Below are positions 26,825 to 35,799 of a DNA stretch of 64,000 bases, in pieces. A program made the position numbers and the translations under genes. Numbering within the stretch: the first letter of the stretch is position 1; the number at the start of each line of letters is the position of its first letter. The DNA comes from Pirellulales bacterium (lineage in GTDB: Bacteria; Planctomycetota; Planctomycetia; Pirellulales; JAEUIK01), in the NCBI GenBank assembly GCA_019694435.1, contig JAIBBZ010000004.1, forward strand, positions 22,922 to 86,921. The letters are read 5' to 3'. The notes under the pieces are model-generated. The model made no database searches. It saw only the letters and a list, made by a program, of their open reading frames with translations, and was not told the DNA's origin.

Positions 26825-26847
26825 CGGCGGTGGCCTGAAAACCTGGT

Positions 26848-27846
26848 TCAGCTTTCGGCGAACGCCGCGTCGAACGCCACTTGCCCGGCGGGGAAGTCGA
26901 GCCGTTTGACGAAATCGCAGGCCTCGCGGGCCCCGTGTTCACGGTCCATGCCGCTGTCTTCCCATTCGACCGACAGCGGCCCGGAGTAGCGCAGCGCATT
27001 GAGCGTGCGGATGATTTCTTCGAACTGGACTGCACCCCGACCCGGCGAGCGGAAATCCCAGCCGCGGCGCGGATCGCCGAAATTCAAATGGCTGCCCAGC
27101 ACGCCGCTGCGCCCGTTGAGCGTGACGATGGCGTCCTTGATGTGCACGTGGTAGATACGGTCGCCGAACTCGCGCAAGAACTCCACCGGGTCGACGCCTT
27201 GCCAGAGCAGGTGGCTCGGATCGAAGTTGAAGCCGAATTCCTCCCGGCGATCGATCGCCGCCAGCGCCCGCTGCGCCGAGTACAGGTCGAAGGCGATCTC
27301 TGTGGGATGCACTTCGAGCGCGAACCGCACGCCGCATTCGCCGAACACGTCCAGAATCGGGTCGAAGCGTTCGGCGAACAGCTCGTAGCCTTCGTCGATC
27401 ATTTCGGAGGGCACGGGCGGGAACGAGTAGAGCAGGTGCCAGATGCTCGATCCGGTAAAACCGTTGACCACGCCGACGCCGAGCTTTTGTGCCGCCTTGG
27501 CGGTGCGCTTCAGCATCTCGGCGGCGCGCTGATTGACGCCCGCCGGCTTGCCGTCGCCCCAGACGTTCGGGGGCAGGATCGCCTTGTGACGGGCATCGAT
27601 CCGGTCGAGTACCGCCTGGCCCACCAGGTGCGTGCTGATCGCATGGACCTGCAAGTCGTAGCGTTCCAGCAGCTCGCGCTTGGCGGCGCAATACTCGTCG
27701 TCGGCCAAGGCCGCGTCGACGTCGAAGTGATCGCCCCAGCAGGCCAACTCCAGGCCCTGATAGCCCCAGCCGCTGGCCATCCGCGCCAGGTCTTCGAGTT
27801 TCAGATCGGCCCACTGGCCGGTAAACAACGTCACGGGACGCGGCAT
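26848..27846 (-). CDS. Sugar phosphate isomerase/epimerase (xylose isomerase-like TIM barrel)
   Basis: Motifs [18 protein letters not shown] and [12 protein letters not shown] are typical of the AP-endonuclease 2/xylose isomerase-like fold. Start set at MPRPV. Confidence 0.75.
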   Translation of the reverse strand: MPRPVTLFTGQWADLKLEDLARMASGWGYQGLELACWGDHFDVDAALADDEYCAAKRELLERYDLQVHAISTHLVGQAVLDRIDARHKAILPPNVWGDGKPAGVNQRAAEMLKRTAKAAQKLGVGVVNGFTGSSIWHLLYSFPPVPSEMIDEGYELFAERFDPILDVFGECGVRFALEVHPTEIAFDLYSAQRALAAIDRREEFGFNFDPSHLLWQGVDPVEFLREFGDRIYHVHIKDAIVTLNGRSGVLGSHLNFGDPRRGWDFRSPGRGAVQFEEIIRTLNALRYSGPLSVEWEDSGMDREHGAREACDFVKRLDFPAGQVAFDAAFAES

Positions 27847-28065
27847 CGTCCTGGCTCCTCCCATCGCGCAGCGGCGGGCTACCCGCGCAGCCGTTCAATC
27901 GCTGTCACGGGCCTGGGCGCCCACCCATCGGGCATCCTGCGCCAGCCTTATTGTCGCGAATCCCAGCGCCTTGGCAATCGCGCCCTCCCGCCCGACCGTC
28001 CCGCGGCAAAAGCTATAATCGAGTCAGGCGATTGGCGCAGATTCCTTGGTTCAGGCGAGCGGCCC

Positions 28066-29118
28066 ATGCCACGCGCGGTAGGGATCACACGGGCAACAGT
28101 GCTACTGGTGCTGCTGCTGATTTGCACGGCCGGGGCCCAGGCCGCGCCGACGATCGTGCTCGAATTGGGCACGATGCCCGGCTTTCCTGTCACCGAGGCG
28201 CAGCGCTGGAGCCAGTTGCTCGGTGAGATTTGTCCCTCGGGCGTATCGATCCGCGAGGCCCGCAACGGCGAACAGCCCGAGGTGGCCACCGATCGCGGGG
28301 CATCGAGCGTCACCTATCGAGTGTTCGGCCTGCTCACGCCGCGCAACGAGCTGCTGCTGCCGCGCGGACAATTCAAGCCGACCGACCGCCGGGCCATCGC
28401 CGCCTGGTTCGAACGGCTGGCCAACGAGGGGCCCGAGGTGAGCACCGCCGCCAAGCGCCCACCCTACGGGCTCGAAGCCGGTCAGTTGCTCGAAGTGGGT
28501 GACGATCTGCGGCCGCTACTGGGGGTCAGCACAAAAGGGCGCCGGCCGCGCGCCGTGCTGGAGGAAGTCGGGGCCGATCTCGGGTTTCCGCTCGAGGTGA
28601 CCGCGGCGGCCTTCAAGGCGCTCGACGCGGCCGACCCGATCAGCGAGGAACTGCAGGATCTGGCCCGCGGCACGGCGCTGGCCGCGCTGGTCCGTCCGGC
28701 AGGCTTGGGGTTTCGACCGCTGCGCACGCCGGACGGGGAAATCGAGTACCGGATCGAGCCAGTGACAAAAGCCACCGACGTCTGGCCGGTGGGTTGGCCG
28801 CTGACCGACAACCGCACACAGCACGCGCCGCAGTTGTTCGAGTCGCTCACGGTGGCAATCGATGATATTCCCCTCGCCGAAGCCTTGGCCGCGATTCAAT
28901 CGCGGATCAAGCTGCCCTTGCTCTACGATCACAGCGCGCTGGCCCGGGCACGCATCGACCTCGGCGCCAAACGGGTGAGCTTGCCGGAAAAGCGTTCGAC
29001 CTATAGCCTCGTGCTGCAATCACTGTTGGTGCAGTCGCGGCTGACCTGGGAGGTGCGGCTCGACGACGCCGACCGCCCGTTGATCTGGATCACTACGGCC
29101 AGGCCGTCTTCGCGGTAG
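28066..29118 (+). CDS. Hypothetical secreted protein (350 aa, no recognised domain)
   Basis: Signal peptide MPRAVGITRATVLLVLLLICTAGAQAAP. This is the C-terminal third of chimeric track ORF 26881..29118. It ends 5 nt before the comD-like gene. Confidence 0.55.
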   Translation: MPRAVGITRATVLLVLLLICTAGAQAAPTIVLELGTMPGFPVTEAQRWSQLLGEICPSGVSIREARNGEQPEVATDRGASSVTYRVFGLLTPRNELLLPRGQFKPTDRRAIAAWFERLANEGPEVSTAAKRPPYGLEAGQLLEVGDDLRPLLGVSTKGRRPRAVLEEVGADLGFPLEVTAAAFKALDAADPISEELQDLARGTALAALVRPAGLGFRPLRTPDGEIEYRIEPVTKATDVWPVGWPLTDNRTQHAPQLFESLTVAIDDIPLAEALAAIQSRIKLPLLYDHSALARARIDLGAKRVSLPEKRSTYSLVLQSLLVQSRLTWEVRLDDADRPLIWITTARPSSR

Positions 29119-29123
29119 TTCGT

Positions 29124-29633
29124 ATGACTTCATCGCCCCCGGTTGTCGAGATTCTCAGCGGCGCCGAAATCGTCGAGGCGCTCGGGCAACTGGGCGTGAC
29201 GCACGTCGTATGGCTGCCCGATTCGGCGCTGGGGCCCTGGGAAGCGGCGCTCGACGCCGCGCCGCACCTCGAGCTGGTGCGCGTCTGCCGCGAGGGCGAG
29301 GCCTGGGCCATCGCCGCGGGCCTGTTCCTGGGCGGTGCCGTGCCGCTGGTGATGATTCAAAACACGGGGCTGTTCGAGTCGGGCGACGCGCTGCGCAACG
29401 TGCTGTTCGATCTGCAGCTGCCGCTGTGGGCCCTGATCGGTTACCGCAGCTTCTTGTTGGCCAACTCGACCGACACGGCCAAACGATTTACCGAGCCGGT
29501 GCTCCGCGCCTGGGGGCTCGATTATCTGTTGCTCGATCAACCGGGTGGCGGTCCTCAGCTGGTCGAACATTTGCACCGCTGCCGCGCGGAACATGCGCCG
29601 GGCATCGTGTTACTCGCCGAAGGCAGGATGTAA
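29124..29633 (+). CDS. TPP-dependent decarboxylase alpha subunit (sulfopyruvate/phosphonopyruvate decarboxylase ComD-like; TPP pyrimidine-binding domain)
   Basis: 169 aa. The N-terminal TPP-enzyme Pyr domain pattern (VTHVVWLPDSALGPW ... GEAWAIAAGLFLGGAVPLVMIQNTGL) with the conserved catalytic Glu context. Size and split organisation match ComD. Confidence 0.7.
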   Translation: MTSSPPVVEILSGAEIVEALGQLGVTHVVWLPDSALGPWEAALDAAPHLELVRVCREGEAWAIAAGLFLGGAVPLVMIQNTGLFESGDALRNVLFDLQLPLWALIGYRSFLLANSTDTAKRFTEPVLRAWGLDYLLLDQPGGGPQLVEHLHRCRAEHAPGIVLLAEGRM

Positions 29634-30217
29634 TGGCGATCGACCTTGTTGCGGCCCTTGAAGTCTTGCGCGAACTGCGCCAGGAGCAGATCGTCGTCAC
29701 CACGATGGGCGCGGCACGCCAATGGCCGCTCCTTTCGCAGCACCCGCTCGACTTGCACTACATTCCCTCGGCCATGGGCCAGGCGCCGGCCCTGGGACTG
29801 GGGCTGGCCATGGCGCAGCCGGCGCGCGAAGTGATCGTCCTGAACGGCGACGGCTGCATGCTGATGAATCTCGGTGCCTTGATCACGCTGGCCTCGGCCC
29901 AGGCCCGCAATCTCACGCTGATCGTGCTGCACAACGGGCTGTACGAAGTGACGGGGGGCCAGCGTCTGGCGACGCAGGGCGAGCCCATCGATTTCGCGGC
30001 GCTGGCCCGCGCAGCGAAGTTTCCCAGCGTGTTCTCGTACGATGCGCTCGACGCCTGGCGGCGCGATGCGGCCACGGCGCTGGTGGCGCCCGGTCCGCGG
30101 TTCATCGAACTGCGCACGGCACCGGTGGGCGATCACTATCACCTCGAATCGCCCGGCCCAATGGCCGAACGCTTGGCGCGGTTTGCCGCCGCGCTCGAAG
30201 CGCCGCTTACCGGCTGA
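29633..30217 (+). CDS. TPP-dependent decarboxylase beta subunit (ComE-like; TPP pyrophosphate-binding domain)
   Basis: 194 aa. TPP-binding GDG...N motif (VLNGDGCMLMNLGALITLA ... LHNG). Its start overlaps the comD-like stop as TAATG. Confidence 0.7.
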   Translation: MAIDLVAALEVLRELRQEQIVVTTMGAARQWPLLSQHPLDLHYIPSAMGQAPALGLGLAMAQPAREVIVLNGDGCMLMNLGALITLASAQARNLTLIVLHNGLYEVTGGQRLATQGEPIDFAALARAAKFPSVFSYDALDAWRRDAATALVAPGPRFIELRTAPVGDHYHLESPGPMAERLARFAAALEAPLTG

Positions 30218-30513
30218 TGCGGCTGCGCCGCCAGGTGCAAATCGGCTGCAATTACTGCGGAAGCAACTGCATCCCAGGCGGGGGATGTCCGGTTTGCATC
30301 TGTTCGCCGCGGCGGAACTTGCGCTGTAACATCCGGCACAGTTGGTAAAATTGTTGCGAATCGCGGCTCGGTGGAACAAAGAGTTTCCGCAGCCGGCCGC
30401 GCCACCAATCTCCCGAGGTCTCGGGCGAACCATCTTTCAGCAGTGGCCAATTTTCACCGCGAGCACCACAGCGGTTGCTGCTGCCGCGTCGGGCTCGTCG
30501 CAGGGGGGCACGC

Positions 30514-31110
30514 ATGGCCGTCCTCTACTCGGTATGTGCAATCGTCGGCGGTACGGTTCTCATCGCTCAGTTCGCCATGACCCTGTTGGGGCTGGGCGAC
30601 GGTGATCACTCGATCGACGGTGACGCTGGCCTCGACGTCGACCACGATCTGTCGACCGACGGCTCGCACGACGTCGAGCATCACACGCACGGCGCAAGCT
30701 GGTTCTTCGGCGTGGTGACCTTCCGCACACTTGTGGCGGCCGTCACGTTCTTCGGGCTGGCGGGCCTGGCTGCCCAGGCCAACGCGCTCGAGCCGGCGTC
30801 CGTGTTGGTCGTCGCCTTGGCCGCCGGCGCTGCGGCGATGTACGGCGTGCACCGCTTGATGCGATTGTTCGCCGACTTGCGGGCCGACGGTACGGTGCGC
30901 GTGAGCGACGCGGTGGGACAGACCGGAACGGTCTACGTCCGCATCCCGGCCGACCGCCGCGGACAGGGCAAGATCCAGCTCAACCTGCAAAATCAGACCA
31001 TCGAACTAACGGCGGTCACCGCCGCCAGTCGCGAATTGCCGACCGGAGCTACGATTGTCGTGACCAGTGTCATTGGCCCCGAGACAGTCGAGGTGTCTCC
31101 GGCCGCATGA
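30514..31110 (+). CDS. NfeD-like (YqiJ-type) membrane protein with C-terminal OB-fold
   Basis: Two TM segments, an acidic His-rich linker, and a C-terminal beta-rich region (TGTVYVRIPADRRGQGKIQL ... ATIVVTSV). Sits immediately upstream of the flotillin gene. Confidence 0.65.
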   Translation: MAVLYSVCAIVGGTVLIAQFAMTLLGLGDGDHSIDGDAGLDVDHDLSTDGSHDVEHHTHGASWFFGVVTFRTLVAAVTFFGLAGLAAQANALEPASVLVVALAAGAAAMYGVHRLMRLFADLRADGTVRVSDAVGQTGTVYVRIPADRRGQGKIQLNLQNQTIELTAVTAASRELPTGATIVVTSVIGPETVEVSPAA

Positions 31111-31202
31111 GCCGCGCCGCCGGCATCCGGCAACGAACAATTTCATGCCGCGCGCAATGTTGCGCTCGCATCCCGCACACCACTCTTTTCGGAAACTGAA
31201 CG

Positions 31203-32798
31203 ATGAACGCCGTCTTGTTGTTTGCCCAGTCGAATGCGACTCCCGCGCTGGTCTGGTATGCCCTGATCGCCGTGTTCGTGCTGCTGGTGTTTGCCAGCTT
31301 CGTGCTGTTGCTGCTGAATCGCTTTAAGCGCTGCCCGAGCAACCGCGTGATGGTGATCTATGGTCGCACGGCCGGGGGCCAGGCCGTCAAGTGCCTGCAC
31401 GGTGGCGCCACGTTCGTCTGGCCGTTGATCCAGGACTATGCCTATCTGAGCCTCGAGCCGATCCAGATCGAGATCCCGCTGCGCGGCGCGCTGTCGATCG
31501 AAAACATCCGCGTCAACGTTCCCAGCGTGTTCACCGTGGCCATCGGCACCACGCCCGAGATCATGCACAACGCGGCGATCCGCCTGTTGGGCCTGAACAC
31601 GCAGGAAATCGAAAAGCAGGCCCAGGAAATCATCTTCGGCCAGCTGCGCCAGGTGATCGCCTCGATGCGCATCGAGGACATCAACCGCGACCGCGACACG
31701 TTCCTGACGCACGTCATGAACTCGCTCGAACCCGAGTTGAAGAAGATCGGCCTCACGCTGATCAACGTCAACATCACCGACATCACCGACGAGTCGGGCT
31801 ACATCGACGCGATCGGCCAGAAGGCCGCCTCACAGGCCATCCAGCAGGCCCGCGGCGACGTGGCCGAGCAGGTCAAGTTGGGCGAAACGCGCGTGGCCGA
31901 GGCCGAGCGCGACAAGACGGTCCAGGTGGCCAGCGCGGTGAAGGACAAGGAGATCGGTACCCGCGTCGCGCTGCGCGAGCAGGCCGTGCGCGTGGCCGAA
32001 TTGGACAAGGAACAGTTGATCGGCGAGCAGACCGCGGCCTTCGAACGCGAAGCGCAGGTCAAGGACGCCGAGCGCGAGATGCGCATCAAGCTGGCCATGG
32101 CCAATGCCTCGGCGATCGAGGGCGAAAACCAATCGCAGGCCAAGATCGCCGCGTCGAAGGCCGAACTGGCCGTGCGCCAGGCCGAGTCGTACCAGGTGGG
32201 CGAGACGCGCAAGCGCGAGGCAGAGGCCGCCGTGCTCGAGGCCCAGAACAAGGCCCTGGCCAAGGCCGCGCTGGCCGAGGCCGAGAAGGTCGAGGCCGAG
32301 CGCCGCGCCTCGGTCGAGGCCCCGGCCAAGGCCGAAAAGGCCAAGGTGATCGTCGACGCCGAAGCCTTGGCCGAGAAGCGCCGCATCGAGGCCGAGGGCG
32401 AGGCAGCCGCGATCTATGCCCGGCTGGCCGCCGAGGCGAAGGGCCAGTACGAAATCCTCGCCAAGAAGGGCGAAGGCTTGCAGCGGATCATCGACGCCTG
32501 CGGCGGCGCGCAGCAGGCGTTCCAACTGATGATGCTCGAACACCTCGACAACCTGACCGAGGCCTCGTCGCGGGCCATCTCGAACATCAAGTTCGACAAG
32601 GTCGTCGTCTGGGAAAATGGCGGAGCCAACGGCCAATCGTCGACGGCCAACTTCCTGCAGAACATGGCCCGCACCTTGCCGCCGATGATGCAGGTGATGC
32701 GCGACGTGGCCGGCGTCGAACTGCCGGAGCAGTTGTTCAAAATGGCCGCCGATGACGAGCCGGCCAAGGCGGCGCCCACCAACGGCGAAAAGAGCTGA
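31203..32798 (+). CDS. Flotillin family SPFH/band-7 protein (YqiK/FloT-like)
   Basis: N-terminal TM helix, an SPFH domain, and a long Ala/Glu-rich coiled-coil (EAEKVEAERRASVEAPAKAEKAKVIVDAEALAEKRRIEAEGEAAAIYARLAAEAKG) typical of flotillins. Confidence 0.85.
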   Translation: MNAVLLFAQSNATPALVWYALIAVFVLLVFASFVLLLLNRFKRCPSNRVMVIYGRTAGGQAVKCLHGGATFVWPLIQDYAYLSLEPIQIEIPLRGALSIENIRVNVPSVFTVAIGTTPEIMHNAAIRLLGLNTQEIEKQAQEIIFGQLRQVIASMRIEDINRDRDTFLTHVMNSLEPELKKIGLTLINVNITDITDESGYIDAIGQKAASQAIQQARGDVAEQVKLGETRVAEAERDKTVQVASAVKDKEIGTRVALREQAVRVAELDKEQLIGEQTAAFEREAQVKDAEREMRIKLAMANASAIEGENQSQAKIAASKAELAVRQAESYQVGETRKREAEAAVLEAQNKALAKAALAEAEKVEAERRASVEAPAKAEKAKVIVDAEALAEKRRIEAEGEAAAIYARLAAEAKGQYEILAKKGEGLQRIIDACGGAQQAFQLMMLEHLDNLTEASSRAISNIKFDKVVVWENGGANGQSSTANFLQNMARTLPPMMQVMRDVAGVELPEQLFKMAADDEPAKAAPTNGEKS

Positions 32799-32810
32799 TC
32801 GTACGGCCGG

Positions 32811-32829
32811 CGCACGCGAAAGCCGTGCG
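32811..32829. terminator. Candidate bidirectional hairpin between convergent genes
   Basis: CGCACG-cgaaagc-CGTGCG: a perfect 6-bp stem with a 7-nt loop, sitting between the flotillin stop (32798) and the stop of the convergent isomerase gene (32830). No U-tract follows. Confidence 0.3.
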
Positions 32830-33588
32830 TCAGGCCGTCATCCGCTCCCAGAGCAGCCGGTAATATTTCATGACCCGCAACGGGTCTGCCGTCGCGTTGC
32901 CTTCCTCGAGCAGGGTCCAGCCGTCGAAGCCGGATTGCTTGAGCAGCGCAAAGAGTTGTTGCCAAGGATACTCGCTGATCAGTTCATGGATGTGGATCGT
33001 GCCGAGCCGGTCTTTGACCAGGTTGAAGTTGTGCTCGAGGCCCTCGCCGGCCAGGTCGGTCGGGTTCGAGTTCCAGCAGACCACGGCGCCGGGATGATCG
33101 GCCGCATCCATGATGGTGCGGACGTGTGGTAGCTCGCTCGTGCCGCGGCCGTGCACCTCGAGCCGCACGACGATGCCGAGTCCTTCGCCGAACCGCGCCA
33201 CCTCGGCCAGCGAGCGGCCAATCTGTTCGAGCGTCTTCGACACGCTCACGCTCATCGGCAGCCCGTTGGGTCGGACCTTGATGCCCGATCCGCCGCAGTC
33301 GTGGCACAACTGCACCGCGGCTTTGGCCTCGGCCACGTTCTTCGCCACCTCGTCGGCATCGGCACTGTGGAATTCGCACGTCGTCCCCAGCCCGACGAGC
33401 GTCACCGGGCTGTCGGCGAACCGCGCCGCCACCTCGCGCCGCTCGGCCGCCGAAAGCGACGTCTCGACGCCGTGCTTGTGGCCGGTCCGCAGTTCGACCC
33501 CTCTGAAGCCAGTCTCGGCGCAATTCGAGATCAGCGTTGGCAGGTCCCAATCGGCGCCCCACATGTAGGTCACAAGTCCGAGTTGCAT
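32830..33588 (-). CDS. Sugar phosphate isomerase/epimerase (xylose isomerase-like TIM barrel), paralog
   Basis: MQLGLVTYMWG start. Motifs GFRGVELRTGHKHG, VRLEVHGRGT and TIHIHE. The track ORF's N-terminal 59 codons are judged a spurious extension. Confidence 0.7.
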   Translation of the reverse strand: MQLGLVTYMWGADWDLPTLISNCAETGFRGVELRTGHKHGVETSLSAAERREVAARFADSPVTLVGLGTTCEFHSADADEVAKNVAEAKAAVQLCHDCGGSGIKVRPNGLPMSVSVSKTLEQIGRSLAEVARFGEGLGIVVRLEVHGRGTSELPHVRTIMDAADHPGAVVCWNSNPTDLAGEGLEHNFNLVKDRLGTIHIHELISEYPWQQLFALLKQSGFDGWTLLEEGNATADPLRVMKYYRLLWERMTA

Positions 33589-33794
33589 GGCAAAAGTCTC
33601 TGGAGAACTGGGCAAGCCAGCGTGGCTTGGCGGCCCAGTATCGATCAGGCCGGGCAACGACGCAAAAGGGAGGACATTTCTCCCCCCGGGCAAATCCAAG
33701 ATTCGTCCTGCGCCGGCGAATAACCCCCTACGGGCAAGTCCGCCGCCGATCGCAGCGCCCCGCACCGATTAACGCAGGCCGAGGAGAAGCGAAC

Positions 33795-34199
33795 ATGTTT
33801 ACCGACACCGGCACGACGTCGACCGACTCCAGGTTCAGCGAGCGCCATTGGGCGATGGCGGCCCTGCTGCTGGGCGTTTTGGGCAGCATGACCCGCGTAC
33901 CGCTGTTGGGCGTGGCCCTGCCGGCGGCCGTGTTCTACTTCCAGCGCCAGCGTTCACCGTTTGCGGCGTTCTACGGATTGCAAGCCGCGGCAGCTCAGGC
34001 CGCCGTCGTGGCCCTGGGCGTTGCCGACGAGCTGTTCGCGCAGCCGATCGACGACCTCGTGCACGGGGCCGGCGTGATCGCCTGGCTCGCCATCAACGGT
34101 CTATCGATCTACACGGCGTTTCAGGCACGGGCCGGCGAGGTCGACGAATTCTGGCTGATCGGCCCCTGGGCCCGGCGTCACGCGCGTCTGACGTCCTGA
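33795..34199 (+). CDS. Small membrane protein (DUF4870-like)
   Basis: GAGGAG lies 8 nt upstream of the ATG. About 3 hydrophobic helices (AMAALLLGVLG, LLGVALPAAVFYF, GVIAWLAINGLSIYTAF). Confidence 0.5.
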   Translation: MFTDTGTTSTDSRFSERHWAMAALLLGVLGSMTRVPLLGVALPAAVFYFQRQRSPFAAFYGLQAAAAQAAVVALGVADELFAQPIDDLVHGAGVIAWLAINGLSIYTAFQARAGEVDEFWLIGPWARRHARLTS

Positions 34200-34503
34200 C
34201 CACCGGCGCTCGACCGGCTGGCTGAATTCGTGCCGCGCTGCTGCCTGCGGCTACCTCGGGCTCTCGCCGTCGGCGCCGGTACACGGGTCGTCAGCAGCGT
34301 GTCGGCGAATGTTTCGAACGCCGCAGGCTCGTGCATCGGAGCGAGGTCAAGTAACAGGTCCAATCGCGCACAATTCTCGAAAAATGCTTGTGTAGAATCA
34401 CTCCGGTTTGGTATCTCTTGGGCCGGTCAAAGTTGGACCGGTCTTGGTAGTAACGATTGCGTAATAACTACCGCAGAGAAATCAAACTTAAAGGGGAGAT
34501 TCG

Positions 34504-35583
34504 ATGTTGCGCATTTTCAGCAGCGTCTCGGCCGACGAAACCCGAAAGCGTATAGCCCGGCTGATGTCCGTCGTTTGCGTGGCGTGCGTCGCGCTGGCGA
34601 GCGGCGGCTCCAGCTCGTTCGCCGAAGAACCAGTCTCGATTCGCATCGCAGCCTGGAACATGGAAGGCAACGGCGAGGCGTCGACCAATCTGCTCAAGTC
34701 CCAACTCGCCGACAAGGAGGGCATTGACCTGTGGGGGCTGTGCGAGGTCCAGAAGACGCGATTCAATGCGTTTCTCTCCGGTGCGGCCGAAGGCGAGACG
34801 GGAGACTTCCGCATTATCAAGGGTACCACCGGTGGGCCGAATGTACGGCTTGCAATCATCTACAACAGCGATGTTCTTGAGCTGGTGGGCGAACCGAAAG
34901 AGCTGCACTTCGTTGCGGTCACCTCCAGTTTGCGCGCGCCGCTGGTTGCTCAATTCAAGGGAAAACAATCCGGCCAGATGTTCTGGTTCATGGTGAACCA
35001 TCTGAAGTGCTGTGGCGACGGGCTGGCGACCCGCAAGCAACAGTGCAAGCTGATTTCCGATTGGGCCGAAGCGCAGGCCCCGATTCCCGTGTTGATGTGC
35101 GGTGATCTCAATATTCCATTCGACATCAGCACTTCCAGTGCCGGAGACGATTTCGCCGCGCTCGTCGAGTCTGGCCCGTTCACTTGGCTCCAGCCTGAGC
35201 ACCTGACGAAGACTCAGGCCAACCCCAATTTTAACTCCATCCTGGACTACTTCATGGTGGCCAACGCCACGCCCCTGGTCGAGCGCTGGAACTATCGGGC
35301 GCGGATCCTGGAACGTGAAGGCGACGATCCGGTGGAAGCGGGCGAACCCAACAATTTCGACGATGATGACTCCACGACCGATCACCGGCCCATCGACGTG
35401 ACCTTCACGATGAACGTGGTGACGCCGCTGGCTCCGGAAGGGTTGGCCGTTGAAACAGCGCCCGCATCGTCTGCCGTCGACGGCGCACGCGCGGAGCCCT
35501 TGGTCGACGAGATCTTGGAGCGCATCCAGGCACTCGAGGCAGAACTGCAACAGCTTCGAGCGCGGCTCGAGGATTTACGCTGA
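34504..35583 (+). CDS. Secreted endonuclease/exonuclease/phosphatase (EEP) family protein with C-terminal coiled-coil
   Basis: Signal peptide (MSVVCVACVALASG). EEP motifs IAAWNMEGNG, LMCGDLN and TDHRPIDVTF (the catalytic His-containing SDHxP-like motif). Coiled-coil tail LERIQALEAELQQLRARLEDLR. GC is lower than the flanking genes. Confidence 0.7.
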   Translation: MLRIFSSVSADETRKRIARLMSVVCVACVALASGGSSSFAEEPVSIRIAAWNMEGNGEASTNLLKSQLADKEGIDLWGLCEVQKTRFNAFLSGAAEGETGDFRIIKGTTGGPNVRLAIIYNSDVLELVGEPKELHFVAVTSSLRAPLVAQFKGKQSGQMFWFMVNHLKCCGDGLATRKQQCKLISDWAEAQAPIPVLMCGDLNIPFDISTSSAGDDFAALVESGPFTWLQPEHLTKTQANPNFNSILDYFMVANATPLVERWNYRARILEREGDDPVEAGEPNNFDDDDSTTDHRPIDVTFTMNVVTPLAPEGLAVETAPASSAVDGARAEPLVDEILERIQALEAELQQLRARLEDLR

Positions 35584-35799
35584 GCTAGCCACGGTTGGGC
35601 CAATTGCGGCCGGCCGCAGTGTGTGTCCGCCGTCGATCGCGAATTCCCTGGCATCGTGGCGATGTGACCCTCGGCCCAGAGCCAGGGAATGATCGCCACG
35701 ATGCCGTGGTTCTTGCACTTGGCGTCGTGGCGCGACGGACGCCTGGCGCCAGAGCCACATGGAGCCCAGAGCAATACCGAGCCGCAGGCTTCGCACGCG

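Noticed and set aside
26881-29118. 745-aa plus-strand ORF
   Set aside because: The first ~395 codons are antisense to the well-supported xylose-isomerase-like gene (26848..27846) and read as R/A/G-rich junk. Only the last 350 codons, from the ATG at 28066 with a signal peptide, were retained.
31391-32755. 454-aa ORF in an alternate frame of the flotillin gene and minus-strand ORFs 31830..32636 and 31799..32386
   Set aside because: Arg/Gly-rich artefacts of the GC-rich, repetitive Ala/Glu coding sequence of flotillin.
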